Shown here one piece after another: positions 10,318-19,331 of a DNA stretch of 64,000 nucleotides. The stretch covers positions 275,034 through 339,033 of the forward strand of contig JAHJWB010000003.1 of NCBI GenBank assembly GCA_018828125.1, in the 5' to 3' direction. The first letter of the stretch is position 1; every line of letters begins with the position of its first letter. The notes beneath the pieces are model-generated. The model searched no databases. It had not been told where the DNA came from and worked only from the letters and a program-made list of their open reading frames with translations. The position numbers and the translations under genes are program-made. This stretch comes from Gammaproteobacteria bacterium. Its GTDB lineage: Bacteria > Pseudomonadota > Gammaproteobacteria > Burkholderiales > Burkholderiaceae_C.

Positions 10318-11049
10318 TCAGCTCGTTCCGTCCGGAACAAATACATAGCCTACGCCCCACACGGTCTGGATATAGCGCGGCGCGGCGGCGTCCACTTCGA
10401 CCAGTTTGCGAAGGCGAGACACCTGCACGTCCAGACTGCGGTCAAACGGCTCGAACTCGCGACCGCGGGCCAGCAACGCCAGTTTTTCACGCGACAGAGG
10501 CTGGCGTGGGTGGCGCACCAGAGCCTTCAGCATGGCGAACTCGCCCGTGGTCAAGGGCAGTTCTTCGCCATTGCGCTGCAGCGCACGGGTGCCCAGGTCG
10601 AAGGTAAAGGGGCCAAAAGTGACCACCTCGTTGTCGCCAGAAGGGGCCCCTGGCGCCTCTTGGGCGGGGCGGCGGCGCAAAACGGCGTGGATGCGGGCCA
10701 GCAGCTCGCGGGGATTGAAAGGCTTGCCCAGGTAATCATCGGCGCCTACCTCCAGGCCGACGATGCGGTCCACGTCTTCGCCTTTGGCGGTCAGCATGAT
10801 GATGGGAGTGCGGTCATTGGCGGCGCGCAGACGGCGACAGATCGAGAGGCCATCCTCACCGGGCATCATGAGGTCGAGCACGATGATGTCCACCGTCTCA
10901 CGCAGCAACAGGCGGTTGAGCGCCTTGCCGTCTTCCGCGACCATGACTTCAAAGCCTTCCTGGGTGAGGTAGCGGCGGAGCAGATCGCGAATTCGCGCAT
11001 CGTCGTCCACCACCAGAACTTTGTCGGTGCGATTGGTTGTTGTGGCCAT
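10318..11049 (-). CDS. ompR: Two-component response regulator OmpR
   Basis: VVDDD, LDLMMPGEDG, KPFNPRELLARI, DRSLDVQVSRLR, IQTVWGVGY. Confidence 0.93.
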   Translation of the reverse strand: MATTTNRTDKVLVVDDDARIRDLLRRYLTQEGFEVMVAEDGKALNRLLLRETVDIIVLDLMMPGEDGLSICRRLRAANDRTPIIMLTAKGEDVDRIVGLEVGADDYLGKPFNPRELLARIHAVLRRRPAQEAPGAPSGDNEVVTFGPFTFDLGTRALQRNGEELPLTTGEFAMLKALVRHPRQPLSREKLALLARGREFEPFDRSLDVQVSRLRKLVEVDAAAPRYIQTVWGVGYVFVPDGTS

Positions 11050-11266
11050 ATTGATCTCAAGTCCAATTTGTAACAGAGCCGATTCTGACCAGTTGAAACG
11101 CCGAAGTTCGGCTTTTAAGCCCTGGTTTGACCAACTGTTACAAGTTTTGCGCAGCTTCGCGCTGCGTGTAACGCGGCTTTATCGCCGGGGTCACGCTATG
11201 CCGTTAAGGTGGTGGCCCGCGCTGCCCTGACCCGGGTGGTGCACCGATGCAAAGGACCGATTTCAC

Positions 11267-11980
11267 ATGAAAATTACTCCAAAATTGATAGCTGCTAGCG
11301 CTTTACTGGTGTGCGCTGGAGCCGCTTTTTCTCAAAATTCCGCTGTGACCGAGCCGCGGAACGTGGTGCAGCTGTCGGCCACCGGCACGGTAGAAGTACA
11401 GCAAGACTTGCTGGTGCTGAACCTGTCCACCAACAAAGAAGCGGCCGACGCCGCCACCGTTCAGACCCAGCTCAAGCAAGCGCTGGACGCCGCCCTGACC
11501 GAAGCCAAGCGCAGCGCGCTGCCCGGGCAACTCGACGTGCGCACGGGCCCGTTTGGCCTATACCCACGCTACGGCAAGGACGGCAAGATCAACGGCTGGC
11601 AGGGCCGAGCCGAGCTGGTGCTGGAGGGGCGCGACTTTGCCCGCATCACCACCACCGCCGGCAAGATCCAGACCCTGGCGATCAGCAATGTGGCGTTTGG
11701 CCTGTCGCGCGAAGCGCGTGCCAAGGTCGAGACCGAGGCGCAGACCGAAGCCATTGAACAATTCAAGTCCCGCGCTGCTGAACTGGCCAAGGGTTTTGGC
11801 TTTAGCAACTACAGCCTGCGGGAAGTGGCCGTGAACAGCAATGAAATGGTGCCCGGGCCGCGCCCGCGCATGATGGCGGCGGAAGCCAAGATGGGCTCGT
11901 TCTCTGATTCGGCCGTGCCGGTGGAGGCAGGCAAGGCGCAGGTCATTGTGAACGTGTCGGGATCAGTGCAAATGCGCTGA
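11267..11980 (+). CDS. SIMPL (DUF541) domain periplasmic protein
   Basis: Signal peptide; LSATGTVEVQQD and VPVEAGKAQVIVNVSGSV patterns. Confidence 0.82.
   Translation: MKITPKLIAASALLVCAGAAFSQNSAVTEPRNVVQLSATGTVEVQQDLLVLNLSTNKEAADAATVQTQLKQALDAALTEAKRSALPGQLDVRTGPFGLYPRYGKDGKINGWQGRAELVLEGRDFARITTTAGKIQTLAISNVAFGLSREARAKVETEAQTEAIEQFKSRAAELAKGFGFSNYSLREVAVNSNEMVPGPRPRMMAAEAKMGSFSDSAVPVEAGKAQVIVNVSGSVQMR
11276..11340 (+). repeat. Palindromic repeat copy 1, inside the SIMPL signal peptide
   Basis: aaaattgATAGCTgctAGCGCTTtactggtgtGCGCTggagcc; encodes KLIAASALLVCAGAAF. Confidence 0.75.
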
Positions 11981-11990
11981 TGTATCAGTA

Positions 11991-12040
11991 AAATTAGCAC
12001 CTGGCGCTTACTGGATAGGCGCTAGGTGCTATTGTTTTTC
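11991..12040 (-). repeat. Palindromic repeat copy 2, intergenic between convergent genes
   Basis: Reverse complement atagcacctAGCGCCTatccagtAAGCGCCaggtgct. Confidence 0.8.
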
Positions 12041-12177
12041 ATCTATGACGCTTGGCACTAGTGGGGGCCCTGGCCAGCAAATGCCGCGCTAGGGCCACCT
12101 CCCGCGCAGGCGTCGTCCCCTTCCTGGCGAAACCGAGAGACGGGGAAGGCGGCGCGTAGACGCACTGAGGGTTGTTC

Positions 12178-12960
12178 TTACTGGGCCGCCCAGCCGCCGT
12201 CCATGTTCCACGCCACGCCACGCACGTTGTTGGCGGCAGGTGAACAGAAGAACACGGCCAACTCACCCAATTCTTCAGGCGTCGTGAACTGCATGGATGG
12301 TTCTTTTTCGCCCAGCAGCAGCTTTTTGGCGTCTTCGTTGGACAGGCCGTGCTCTACTGCTTTGGCGTCCACCTGTTTTTGCACCAGTGGCGTCAGCACC
12401 CAGCCTGGGCAGATCGCATTGCAAGTGACGCCCGTGGTGGCGTTCTCCAGGGCCGTGACCTTGGTCAAGCCTACGATGCCGTGTTTGGCGGCGACATAGG
12501 CCGACTTTTGCGCGGAGCCCACGAGGCCATGCACCGACGCCACGTTGATGATGCGGCCCCAGTTGGCGCTCTTCATGGCGGGCAATGCCAGACGGGACGT
12601 GTGGAACGCGCTGGTGAGGTTGATGGCGATCACCGAGTCCCAGCGCTCGACCGGGAAATCTTCGACATTGGCCACGTGCTGGATGCCGGCGTTGTTGACC
12701 AAAATGTCGACGCGGCCAAATTGGCTGGCGCTGTATTTCATCATGTCTTCAATGTCCGCCACACGGCTCATGTCAGCGCCGTGGTAAGCCACTTGGGCGC
12801 CCGCAGATTCACCAGCCGCCAGGACTTCGGCACGGGGACTGTCCACGTCGCCAAAGCCGTTGAGCACGATGTTGACGCCTTGGCGGGCCAGGGCCTTGGC
12901 GATGCCAAGACCAATACCACTGGTGGAGCCGGTGACGAGGGCAGTTTTGCCTTTCAGCAT
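12178..12960 (-). CDS. bdhA: D-3-hydroxybutyrate dehydrogenase (SDR)
   Basis: TGSTSGIG, NNAGIQHV, SVHGLV, YVAAKHG, NAICPGWVLTPLVQKQ, MDGGWAAQ. Confidence 0.93.
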   Translation of the reverse strand: MLKGKTALVTGSTSGIGLGIAKALARQGVNIVLNGFGDVDSPRAEVLAAGESAGAQVAYHGADMSRVADIEDMMKYSASQFGRVDILVNNAGIQHVANVEDFPVERWDSVIAINLTSAFHTSRLALPAMKSANWGRIINVASVHGLVGSAQKSAYVAAKHGIVGLTKVTALENATTGVTCNAICPGWVLTPLVQKQVDAKAVEHGLSNEDAKKLLLGEKEPSMQFTTPEELGELAVFFCSPAANNVRGVAWNMDGGWAAQ

Positions 12961-12985
12961 GAGAGTCTCTCCGAATGAATTACGA

Positions 12986-12994
12986 TGCAACGCA
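12986..12994. promoter_or_regulatory. Candidate PhaR operator between bdhA and the divergent hydrolase
   Basis: TGCAACGCA (TGC-N3-GCA), the same format as the site upstream of phaR; short motif, so a chance match is possible. Confidence 0.4.
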
Positions 12995-13076
12995 AGGAAA
13001 AGTCGGCACGCATGCGTTGGAGATGCGGGCCGACTTTCACAAGCATTATCAAGCGCTGCTCCAGGATTTCGCACCC

Positions 13077-14045
13077 ATGAATGAACCTACGCTGAACTAC
13101 GTACTGTGTCCTGGTTCTGCGGCCCCGTCGCCGCCTGTCGGCGGTGGCCCGGCTTCAACTCCACAGCACCGGATGGCGTACTGGGAATGGAATGCCACCG
13201 GAAACCCGGTGCATCCGCACGTTGTGATCTGCGTCCATGGCCTGTCGCGCCAGGGGCGCGATTTCGACACCTTGGCGCGGGGATTGAGCCAGCATGCGCG
13301 CGTGGTGTGCCCTGATGTGGTTGGGCGCGGCCAAAGCGACTGTCTGGCAGATCCCATGGCTTATCAAATCCCTCAATATGCCGCCGACATGCTGGCGTTG
13401 CTGACGCAATTGCACCAGCAAGGCCCCATCACCACCCTGGATTGGGTGGGAACCAGCATGGGTGGGCTGATCGGCATGGGCATCACAGGGCAGCCAGGGC
13501 TGCCTTTGCCCGTCCCGGTGCGTCGCCTGGTGCTCAATGACGTGGGGCCGGTGATTCAGTGGCTGGCGCTGCAGCGCATCGGCCAATACCTGGGACAGCT
13601 GGCGCGTTATGAATCGGTGCAGCAGGCTGCTGACGCCATGTGGGCCATCTCCACCAGCTTTGGGCCACACACGCCAGAGCAGTGGCTGGAGCTGTCGCGC
13701 GCCATGGTGCGCCCCTTGCCCGATGAGGATGGCGGGGGCATGACCCTGCACTACGATCCCGCCATTGCCGTGCCGTTCAAAGCCATGACGCAAGAGTCTG
13801 CGGCAGCGGGCGAAATGGCGTTGTGGCAGCTGTATGACCACATCACGGCGCAAACGCTGTTGTTGAGGGGCGCGCAGTCGGACCTGCTGTCTTCCGAGAC
13901 CGCCCAGGCCATGGCACAGCGCGGGCCCCGCGCGCGGGTAATCGAATTTGAAGGAGTGGGGCACGCGCCCACATTGGTGGCCGCCGATCAGGTCGCTGCC
14001 GTCACGGACTTTCTGCTGGCCGGGGAAGGTGGTGCGGCCGGATGA
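13077..14045 (+). CDS. Alpha/beta hydrolase, candidate intracellular 3-hydroxybutyrate-oligomer hydrolase (PhaZc/PhaY2-like)
   Basis: CVHGLSR oxyanion segment, GTSMGG nucleophile elbow, GVGHAP; divergent from bdhA, stop overlaps the relA start. Confidence 0.8.
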   Translation: MNEPTLNYVLCPGSAAPSPPVGGGPASTPQHRMAYWEWNATGNPVHPHVVICVHGLSRQGRDFDTLARGLSQHARVVCPDVVGRGQSDCLADPMAYQIPQYAADMLALLTQLHQQGPITTLDWVGTSMGGLIGMGITGQPGLPLPVPVRRLVLNDVGPVIQWLALQRIGQYLGQLARYESVQQAADAMWAISTSFGPHTPEQWLELSRAMVRPLPDEDGGGMTLHYDPAIAVPFKAMTQESAAAGEMALWQLYDHITAQTLLLRGAQSDLLSSETAQAMAQRGPRARVIEFEGVGHAPTLVAADQVAAVTDFLLAGEGGAAG

Positions 14046-16255
14046 AGACGAATCCCGCCGCGCAGGCTTCCTTCACCCCCCAGTCCGACGCTCTTCCACA
14101 GCTCATTGCCGCCACTGCGCACACGTTACCGGAGCAGGTGAACGCGTTGGTGCGGGCTCGCGCTTTTGCCGAGCCGTTGCTGGCCGGCGAAACGTTGACC
14201 TCCGGCGAAAACACGCTGGCCCATGCGGATGCCGTGGCCGCCATTTTGAAAAGTATCGGGGGCTCGGAGGCCATGCAGGCTGCCAGCTACCTGGTGCACG
14301 CCTGCATTCACCTCAACAAACCCGAGGACGTGATTGCCAAGGCCTTTGGCGCCAATTTTGCGGCTCTGGCGGTGGAGACCACCAAGCTCATGCGCGTGCA
14401 GGAGCAGGCCCGCGCCGCCGAGCATCTGGACGACCCGGTCATGCAGACCGAAAACGTGCGCAAGATGCTGCTTGCCTTCTCGCGCGACTTGCGGGTCGTG
14501 ATGCTGCGGTTAGCTTCACGCCTGCAGACACTGCGCTTTCATGCGGCTACCAAGCGGCCTGTGCCGCCCAGTCTGGCGCGCGAATCGCTGCAGGTGTTTG
14601 CGCCGCTGGCCAACCGCCTGGGCATCTGGCAGGTGAAGTGGGAGTTGGAGGACCTGTCTTTTCGATTCCTGGAACCCGAGACCTACAAGGATGTCGCCCG
14701 CTTGCTGGACGAGAAGCGCGGCGAACGCGAGATGTACATGGAGCAACTGCGGGGCCGTCTGGAGTCTGATCTGCGTGCGCGCAGCATCAGCGCCAGCGTG
14801 CAAGGGCGGCCCAAGCACATCTACAGCATTGTCAAAAAGATGCGCGGCAAGTCGCTCAACTTTGACCAAGTGTTCGACATCCGCGCGTTGCGCGTCGTGG
14901 TGCCTTCGGTGAAGGACTGTTATGCCGCCCTGAGCTGGGTGCACGAACAGTTCAAACCCATCGTCGAAGAGTTTGACGACTACATCGCCAAGCCCAAGCC
15001 CAACGGCTACCAATCGCTGCACACCATCGTGCGGGACGACCATGGCAAGCCCATCGAGATTCAGATTCGCACGCAGGCCATGCATGAACATGCCGAGCAT
15101 GGCGTGGCGGCGCACTGGGCCTACAAGGAAGCGGGTGCCAAGGGCTATGCAGGCGTGTCCGCGACAGGCGAATACGACGCCAAGATTGCCGTACTTCGCC
15201 AACTGCTGGCGTGGGAGCGCGACTTGGTGGGCTCGGTGCCCAATCGGGGCCTTTTCGAAGACCGCATTTACGTGTTGACGCCCGATGCTGCGGTGGTGGA
15301 ACTGCCCCAAGGAGCCACCCCCGTTGATTTTGCGTATGCGGTGCACACAAGCCTGGGTCACCGTTGCCGGGGCGCCAAGGTGGATGGCGCCATGGTCACG
15401 CTCAATACGCAACTGCAGAACGGGCAGACAGTGGAGATATCCACCGTCAAGGAGGGGCGCCCGTCGCGCGACTGGCTCAACGCGGATCTGGGCTATCTCA
15501 CCAGCAACCGCGCCAGGGCCAAGGTGCGCGCCTGGTTCAATGCCCAGGCCACGCACGAGACAATAGGACGTGGCCGCGAGGCAGTAGAGAAACTGCTCCA
15601 GCGAGAAGGCAAAACCGCCACCAAGCTCGACGACTTAGCGGTTCAACTGGGCTTCAAGTCTGCCGATGCGCTGTTTGAGGTGGTGGGCAAAGACGAGTTT
15701 TCGCTGCGCAATATCGAAACGGTGCTGCGCCCCCCGGAGCCCGTCATCCAGCCCGACGATTTTCTGCTGCTCAAGAAAACGCGCACGAACACATCTGCTC
15801 CGAAGGGAGGGGTGTTGGTGGTGGGCATCGACTCGCTCATGACGCAATTGGCCAAGTGTTGCAAACCCGCGCCGCCCGACGATATTCGGGGGTTTGTCAC
15901 GCGTGGCAAGGGTGTGAGCGTGCACCGGGCCGATTGCAGCAATTTCCGCGAGATGGCTGCACGCAGCATGGAACGCGTCATCGAGGTGGAGTGGGGCGCT
16001 TCCAAATCAGCGGCGGTGGCCGCCGTTTATCCCGTGGACGTGGCCGTTGAAGCCGCAGACCGCCAGGGCCTGCTGCGCGATATCTCGGAAGTTTTTGCAC
16101 GTGAGAAAACCAATGTCATTGGCGTCCAGACCCAGTCAGTTAAAGGTACCGCCTGGATGACGTTTACGGTGGAGGTGTCCGATTCAGGGCGCCTGAACAA
16201 GGTCTTGGGCATCGTTGCTGGTGTTTCGGGAGTGCGTTCGGCACGCCGCCGTTAA
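14042..16255 (+). CDS. relA: (p)ppGpp synthetase RelA
   Basis: APLANRLGI, GRPKHIYSI, FDIRALR, EFDDYIAKPKPNGYQSLHT, TGS and ACT domains; no HDxxED hydrolase motif. Confidence 0.93.
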   Translation: MKTNPAAQASFTPQSDALPQLIAATAHTLPEQVNALVRARAFAEPLLAGETLTSGENTLAHADAVAAILKSIGGSEAMQAASYLVHACIHLNKPEDVIAKAFGANFAALAVETTKLMRVQEQARAAEHLDDPVMQTENVRKMLLAFSRDLRVVMLRLASRLQTLRFHAATKRPVPPSLARESLQVFAPLANRLGIWQVKWELEDLSFRFLEPETYKDVARLLDEKRGEREMYMEQLRGRLESDLRARSISASVQGRPKHIYSIVKKMRGKSLNFDQVFDIRALRVVVPSVKDCYAALSWVHEQFKPIVEEFDDYIAKPKPNGYQSLHTIVRDDHGKPIEIQIRTQAMHEHAEHGVAAHWAYKEAGAKGYAGVSATGEYDAKIAVLRQLLAWERDLVGSVPNRGLFEDRIYVLTPDAAVVELPQGATPVDFAYAVHTSLGHRCRGAKVDGAMVTLNTQLQNGQTVEISTVKEGRPSRDWLNADLGYLTSNRARAKVRAWFNAQATHETIGRGREAVEKLLQREGKTATKLDDLAVQLGFKSADALFEVVGKDEFSLRNIETVLRPPEPVIQPDDFLLLKKTRTNTSAPKGGVLVVGIDSLMTQLAKCCKPAPPDDIRGFVTRGKGVSVHRADCSNFREMAARSMERVIEVEWGASKSAAVAAVYPVDVAVEAADRQGLLRDISEVFAREKTNVIGVQTQSVKGTAWMTFTVEVSDSGRLNKVLGIVAGVSGVRSARRR

Positions 16256-16343
16256 AGGGCAGAGCATATGCGGCGCACTTTGTTGTGCGCTTTCGCAAAA
16301 GCGCTCTGTTTTTATGGCTATAATCGTAGTCTTGATTAACGAC

Positions 16344-16420
16344 AGGCGCGTAGCTCAGCTGGTTAGAGCACCACCTTGACATGGTGGGGGTCGTTGGTTC
16401 GAGTCCAATCGCGCCTACCA
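16344..16420 (+). tRNA. tRNA-Val(GAC)
   Basis: Acceptor stem AGGCGCG/CGCGCCT, anticodon arm ccacc-tt-GAC-at-ggtgg, GTTCGAG T-loop, encoded CCA; TATAAT at 16319-16324. Confidence 0.97.
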
Positions 16421-16456
16421 AACACCGCAAGCCAAACCAGGGCTTGTAACCGAAAC

Positions 16457-16486
16457 AGCCCGCTTCTTAGCGGGCTTTTTCGTTTT
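16457..16486 (+). terminator. Intrinsic terminator after tRNA-Val
   Basis: agcccgct-tctt-agcgggct followed by a T run. Confidence 0.85.
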
Positions 16487-16684
16487 GCAGCTTTTTTTCT
16501 CCTGATGTCTCTCGGGGTTGAGAGCCATGGCGGCCGCCCTTGCTTTAGACGACGTCTCATCCCTTCTCGTGAGAGTTGTATTCGCCAATCAGATCATCTC
16601 AGGCATGCGCATACGCATTTGTCTGACATGGAAAGGGAAGTCGGGGCGATACCTTGTGGTTCTTCTTCGTAAGGGTCGCACACC

Positions 16685-16840
16685 ATGAACACGTCGCATA
16701 ACGTTTCTCCTCCTCTCAGCGGGCTGACGGCGGACTCCGATCCTGAATTTGGCATGTACGACATCCAAATCTTCTGGCTGGCCGCGTTGGTGGCGGTTGT
16801 GGCTGTGATCGCGGTCGCCTATTTCAAAATGGGCTATTGA
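16685..16840 (+). CDS. Small single-pass membrane protein (51 aa), below the ORF-track cutoff
   Basis: MNTSHNVSPPLSGLTADSDPEFGMYDIQIFWLAALVAVVAVIAVAYFKMGY; AAGGG upstream. Confidence 0.55.
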   Translation: MNTSHNVSPPLSGLTADSDPEFGMYDIQIFWLAALVAVVAVIAVAYFKMGY

Positions 16841-16968
16841 CGATGCCACCTCCGCGCATTCAGAGCATTCGAGCGGTGCTGAATGGCGGCAGATGAGGAA
16901 TCGGCGAAGTCCATCGACCTCGCCACTTTTATTTCAGTGCGTCGTTCAACAAACGCGGATCGCATTGA

Positions 16969-17112
16969 TTAAAAATGCGGTGGTGGGTCTTGCACCGGTG
17001 GGACCCCAGGTTGGGCGGGTGGATCGCCCTGGGGAGGCTCGGGCACCCATGTGGGTGGCGTCTCCACCGGAGGAAATGGCGGTACCGGGGAGGGGGTGGG
17101 TGCTGGCAGCAT
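16969..17112 (-). CDS. Proline-rich small protein (47 aa, 21 Pro)
   Basis: AAAGGA RBS just upstream of ATG 17112; MLPAPTPSPVPPFPPVETPPTWVPEPPQGDPPAQPGVPPVQDPPPHF. Confidence 0.6.
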   Translation of the reverse strand: MLPAPTPSPVPPFPPVETPPTWVPEPPQGDPPAQPGVPPVQDPPPHF

Positions 17113-17246
17113 GGTAGGTCCTTTCAGAGTCGATCAATACAAGCCTGACCTTACCCATCCGCCTGGTTACCTTGTGCCAGTCAACTTCCCGAGTTTCTGT
17201 CGATATTAAGAGTGGCAGATTCCCGCACCGGGGGGGCTCATGCATG

Positions 17247-18344
17247 TCAGGGCGTATTCATGACACGAGCTGCGTGCGGTTCAACTCCGGTCTTCTTCAG
17301 ATCGTCCGGGCCCGCAGGCATCCGAACCTGGGGCAAACAGTCGGGGTATTCACGTTGGATGAACGTGACAAGTGCCTCGCGCACCCGGCAGCGCAGGTCA
17401 AACGCGAGGCCCGACGAGCGTGCCGAGACCAACACCCGGATCTGGATCGTGCGCTCGGTCACGTCGGTCAGTTGCAGCACGCTGACGCGCTTGTCCCACT
17501 CGGGTGCGGTTTCTAGGATGCGCTGAAGTTCTGCGCGCAGAGGGTCCAGCGGCAGGCGGTAGTCTGCAAACAGAAACACCGTGCCCAGAATTTCCGAGCT
17601 TGTGCGTGTCCAGTTCTGAAACGGGTGTTCGATGAACCACTGCAGCGGAATGATGAGACGCCGCTCGTCCCAGATGCGCAGCACCACGTAGGTGCTCGTG
17701 ATCTCTTCCACGCGGCCCCACTCGCCCTCGATGATGAGCACGTCGTCAATGCGGATGGGCTGCGCCAGCGCAATCTGCAGCCCCGCAATGATGTTGCTGA
17801 ACACCGGGCGTGCGGCAATACCTGCCACGATGCCTACCACCCCGGCCGATGCGAGCAGACTGGCCCCCACTTGGCGCGCTCCCGGAAAGGTCATGAGCAT
17901 CAGAGCCAAGCCCGCCATCACGACCCCTGTCATGGCGGTGCGCGACAACACCCGCGCTTGCGTGGCAATGCGCCGGGCGGTCAGGTTGTCTTCTACATCT
18001 GCGGGATGTTGGGCAATGATGCCATTGGCCAGACCCCCGATGGCTGCAATCAGCAACCAACAAGCCCCGGCGATGATGGCCAGCCCATTAATATGGCGGA
18101 TACCACCGATGTAACGCAAGTCATCGCCAGCGGCTTGCCACACCAATTGCAAGGCAATCAGCGGCAAAAAAACTCGCATTACGGGGATACAAGCGAGCAC
18201 AACGGTATTCACCACCGGAAGTGGTGCCGTCGCCCTGCGCAGCAAGATGGCGATGATGCGATGCGCGATGGCTGCCAACGTGATGGCAAACAACGCAGCT
18301 ACAACAGTGGCAAAACCGGGAGAGAGTTCAAAACCTTCGTGCAT
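17247..18344 (-). CDS. MscS family mechanosensitive ion channel
   Basis: TM helices, LLASAGVVGIVAGIAARPVFSN, PIRIDDV, GRVEEI, PFQNW. Confidence 0.92.
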   Translation of the reverse strand: MHEGFELSPGFATVVAALFAITLAAIAHRIIAILLRRATAPLPVVNTVVLACIPVMRVFLPLIALQLVWQAAGDDLRYIGGIRHINGLAIIAGACWLLIAAIGGLANGIIAQHPADVEDNLTARRIATQARVLSRTAMTGVVMAGLALMLMTFPGARQVGASLLASAGVVGIVAGIAARPVFSNIIAGLQIALAQPIRIDDVLIIEGEWGRVEEITSTYVVLRIWDERRLIIPLQWFIEHPFQNWTRTSSEILGTVFLFADYRLPLDPLRAELQRILETAPEWDKRVSVLQLTDVTERTIQIRVLVSARSSGLAFDLRCRVREALVTFIQREYPDCLPQVRMPAGPDDLKKTGVEPHAARVMNTP

Positions 18345-18554
18345 GAGCGGATCAGGTGGGCAAACGGAGACTATCGCACCCCTTCGTCAAGTAGTCTGTC
18401 GGACGTGCCCTGCAGGGTTTTGCGAGGATGATGGGAGGGGCGGGGGCTCAACGGGCAGCGCGGGTGCCGCGGGTCAAGCGTGTCGCCTCCGCGACAGGGT
18501 GATGCGCTCCCTGCATCAGGGTATTCCTTTGCTGGTGGCGGGCCCCCCGGTCCC

Positions 18555-18574
18555 TAGAATGTGTTGCACTGCAA
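18555..18574 (+). promoter_or_regulatory. phaR promoter -10 (TAGAAT) followed by a palindromic operator
   Basis: TTGCA-C-TGCAA inverted repeat at 18564-18574, 3 nt after TAGAAT; PhaR is known to autorepress via TGC-containing sites. Confidence 0.65.
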
Positions 18575-18604
18575 TACATGGGTGTTGAGCCCGAGGAGTT
18601 TGTT

Positions 18605-19138
18605 GTGTCCGAACAGAAAAGTGCCGCTCCCAAGTCGGTGCAACGTGTCATCAAGAAGTATCCCAACCGCCGTCTGTACGACACAGACACCTCCACCTAC
18701 ATCACGCTGGCCGAGGTGCGGCAACTCGTCATGGCGAACCAGCACGTGGTAGTGCGTGACGCTAAAACCGGCGAAGACCTGACGCGCAGTATCTTGCTGC
18801 AGATCATTCTTGAAGAAGAAGCCGGTGGCGCGCCGATGTTTACCGAGGCGGTGCTGGCCAACATCATCCGTTTTTACGGACACGCGATGCAGGGATTCAT
18901 GGGCGCTTATCTAGAGAAGAATGTGCAGGCATTCACCGACGTGCAAGCCAAGCTGGCCGAGCAATCACAAAGCGTGACGCCCGAGATGTGGGCCCAGTTC
19001 ATGAACCTTCAGTCGCCCATGCTCAAGGGCATGGTGGGCAATTACGTGGAGCAGTCCCAGTCCATGTTGACCCAGATGCAGGAGCAGATGCAAAAGCAGA
19101 CCGAGCAGATGCTGGGGGCCTTTGGATTGAAAAGGTGA
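18605..19138 (+). CDS. phaR: Polyhydroxyalkanoate synthesis repressor
   Basis: IKKYPNRRLYDT, DAKTGEDLTRSILLQII, IIRFYG; probable GTG start. Confidence 0.95.
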   Translation: MSEQKSAAPKSVQRVIKKYPNRRLYDTDTSTYITLAEVRQLVMANQHVVVRDAKTGEDLTRSILLQIILEEEAGGAPMFTEAVLANIIRFYGHAMQGFMGAYLEKNVQAFTDVQAKLAEQSQSVTPEMWAQFMNLQSPMLKGMVGNYVEQSQSMLTQMQEQMQKQTEQMLGAFGLKR

Positions 19139-19331
19139 CGACGGCTTGAGACGCTTGCGGTGCTCTGCTCCTTTCTTTATCTAAGGGGGGCGGCGCTTTT
19201 GCGGTGGGCCGGCCGATCCTCGGGGTCCATCGGTCGGATTGCACCGGTTTCACCGGCTGCAGGGCCTGGCAAACGTTTGGAGAATGGGTAAGCCCACCTG
19301 TCCAACGCCGGAACTGGGACAATACGGGGAT

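Noticed and set aside
12060-12175. Second GC-rich intergenic repeat type downstream of bdhA
   Set aside because: It resembles elements I recall from related genomes, but only one copy is visible here, so it cannot be supported.
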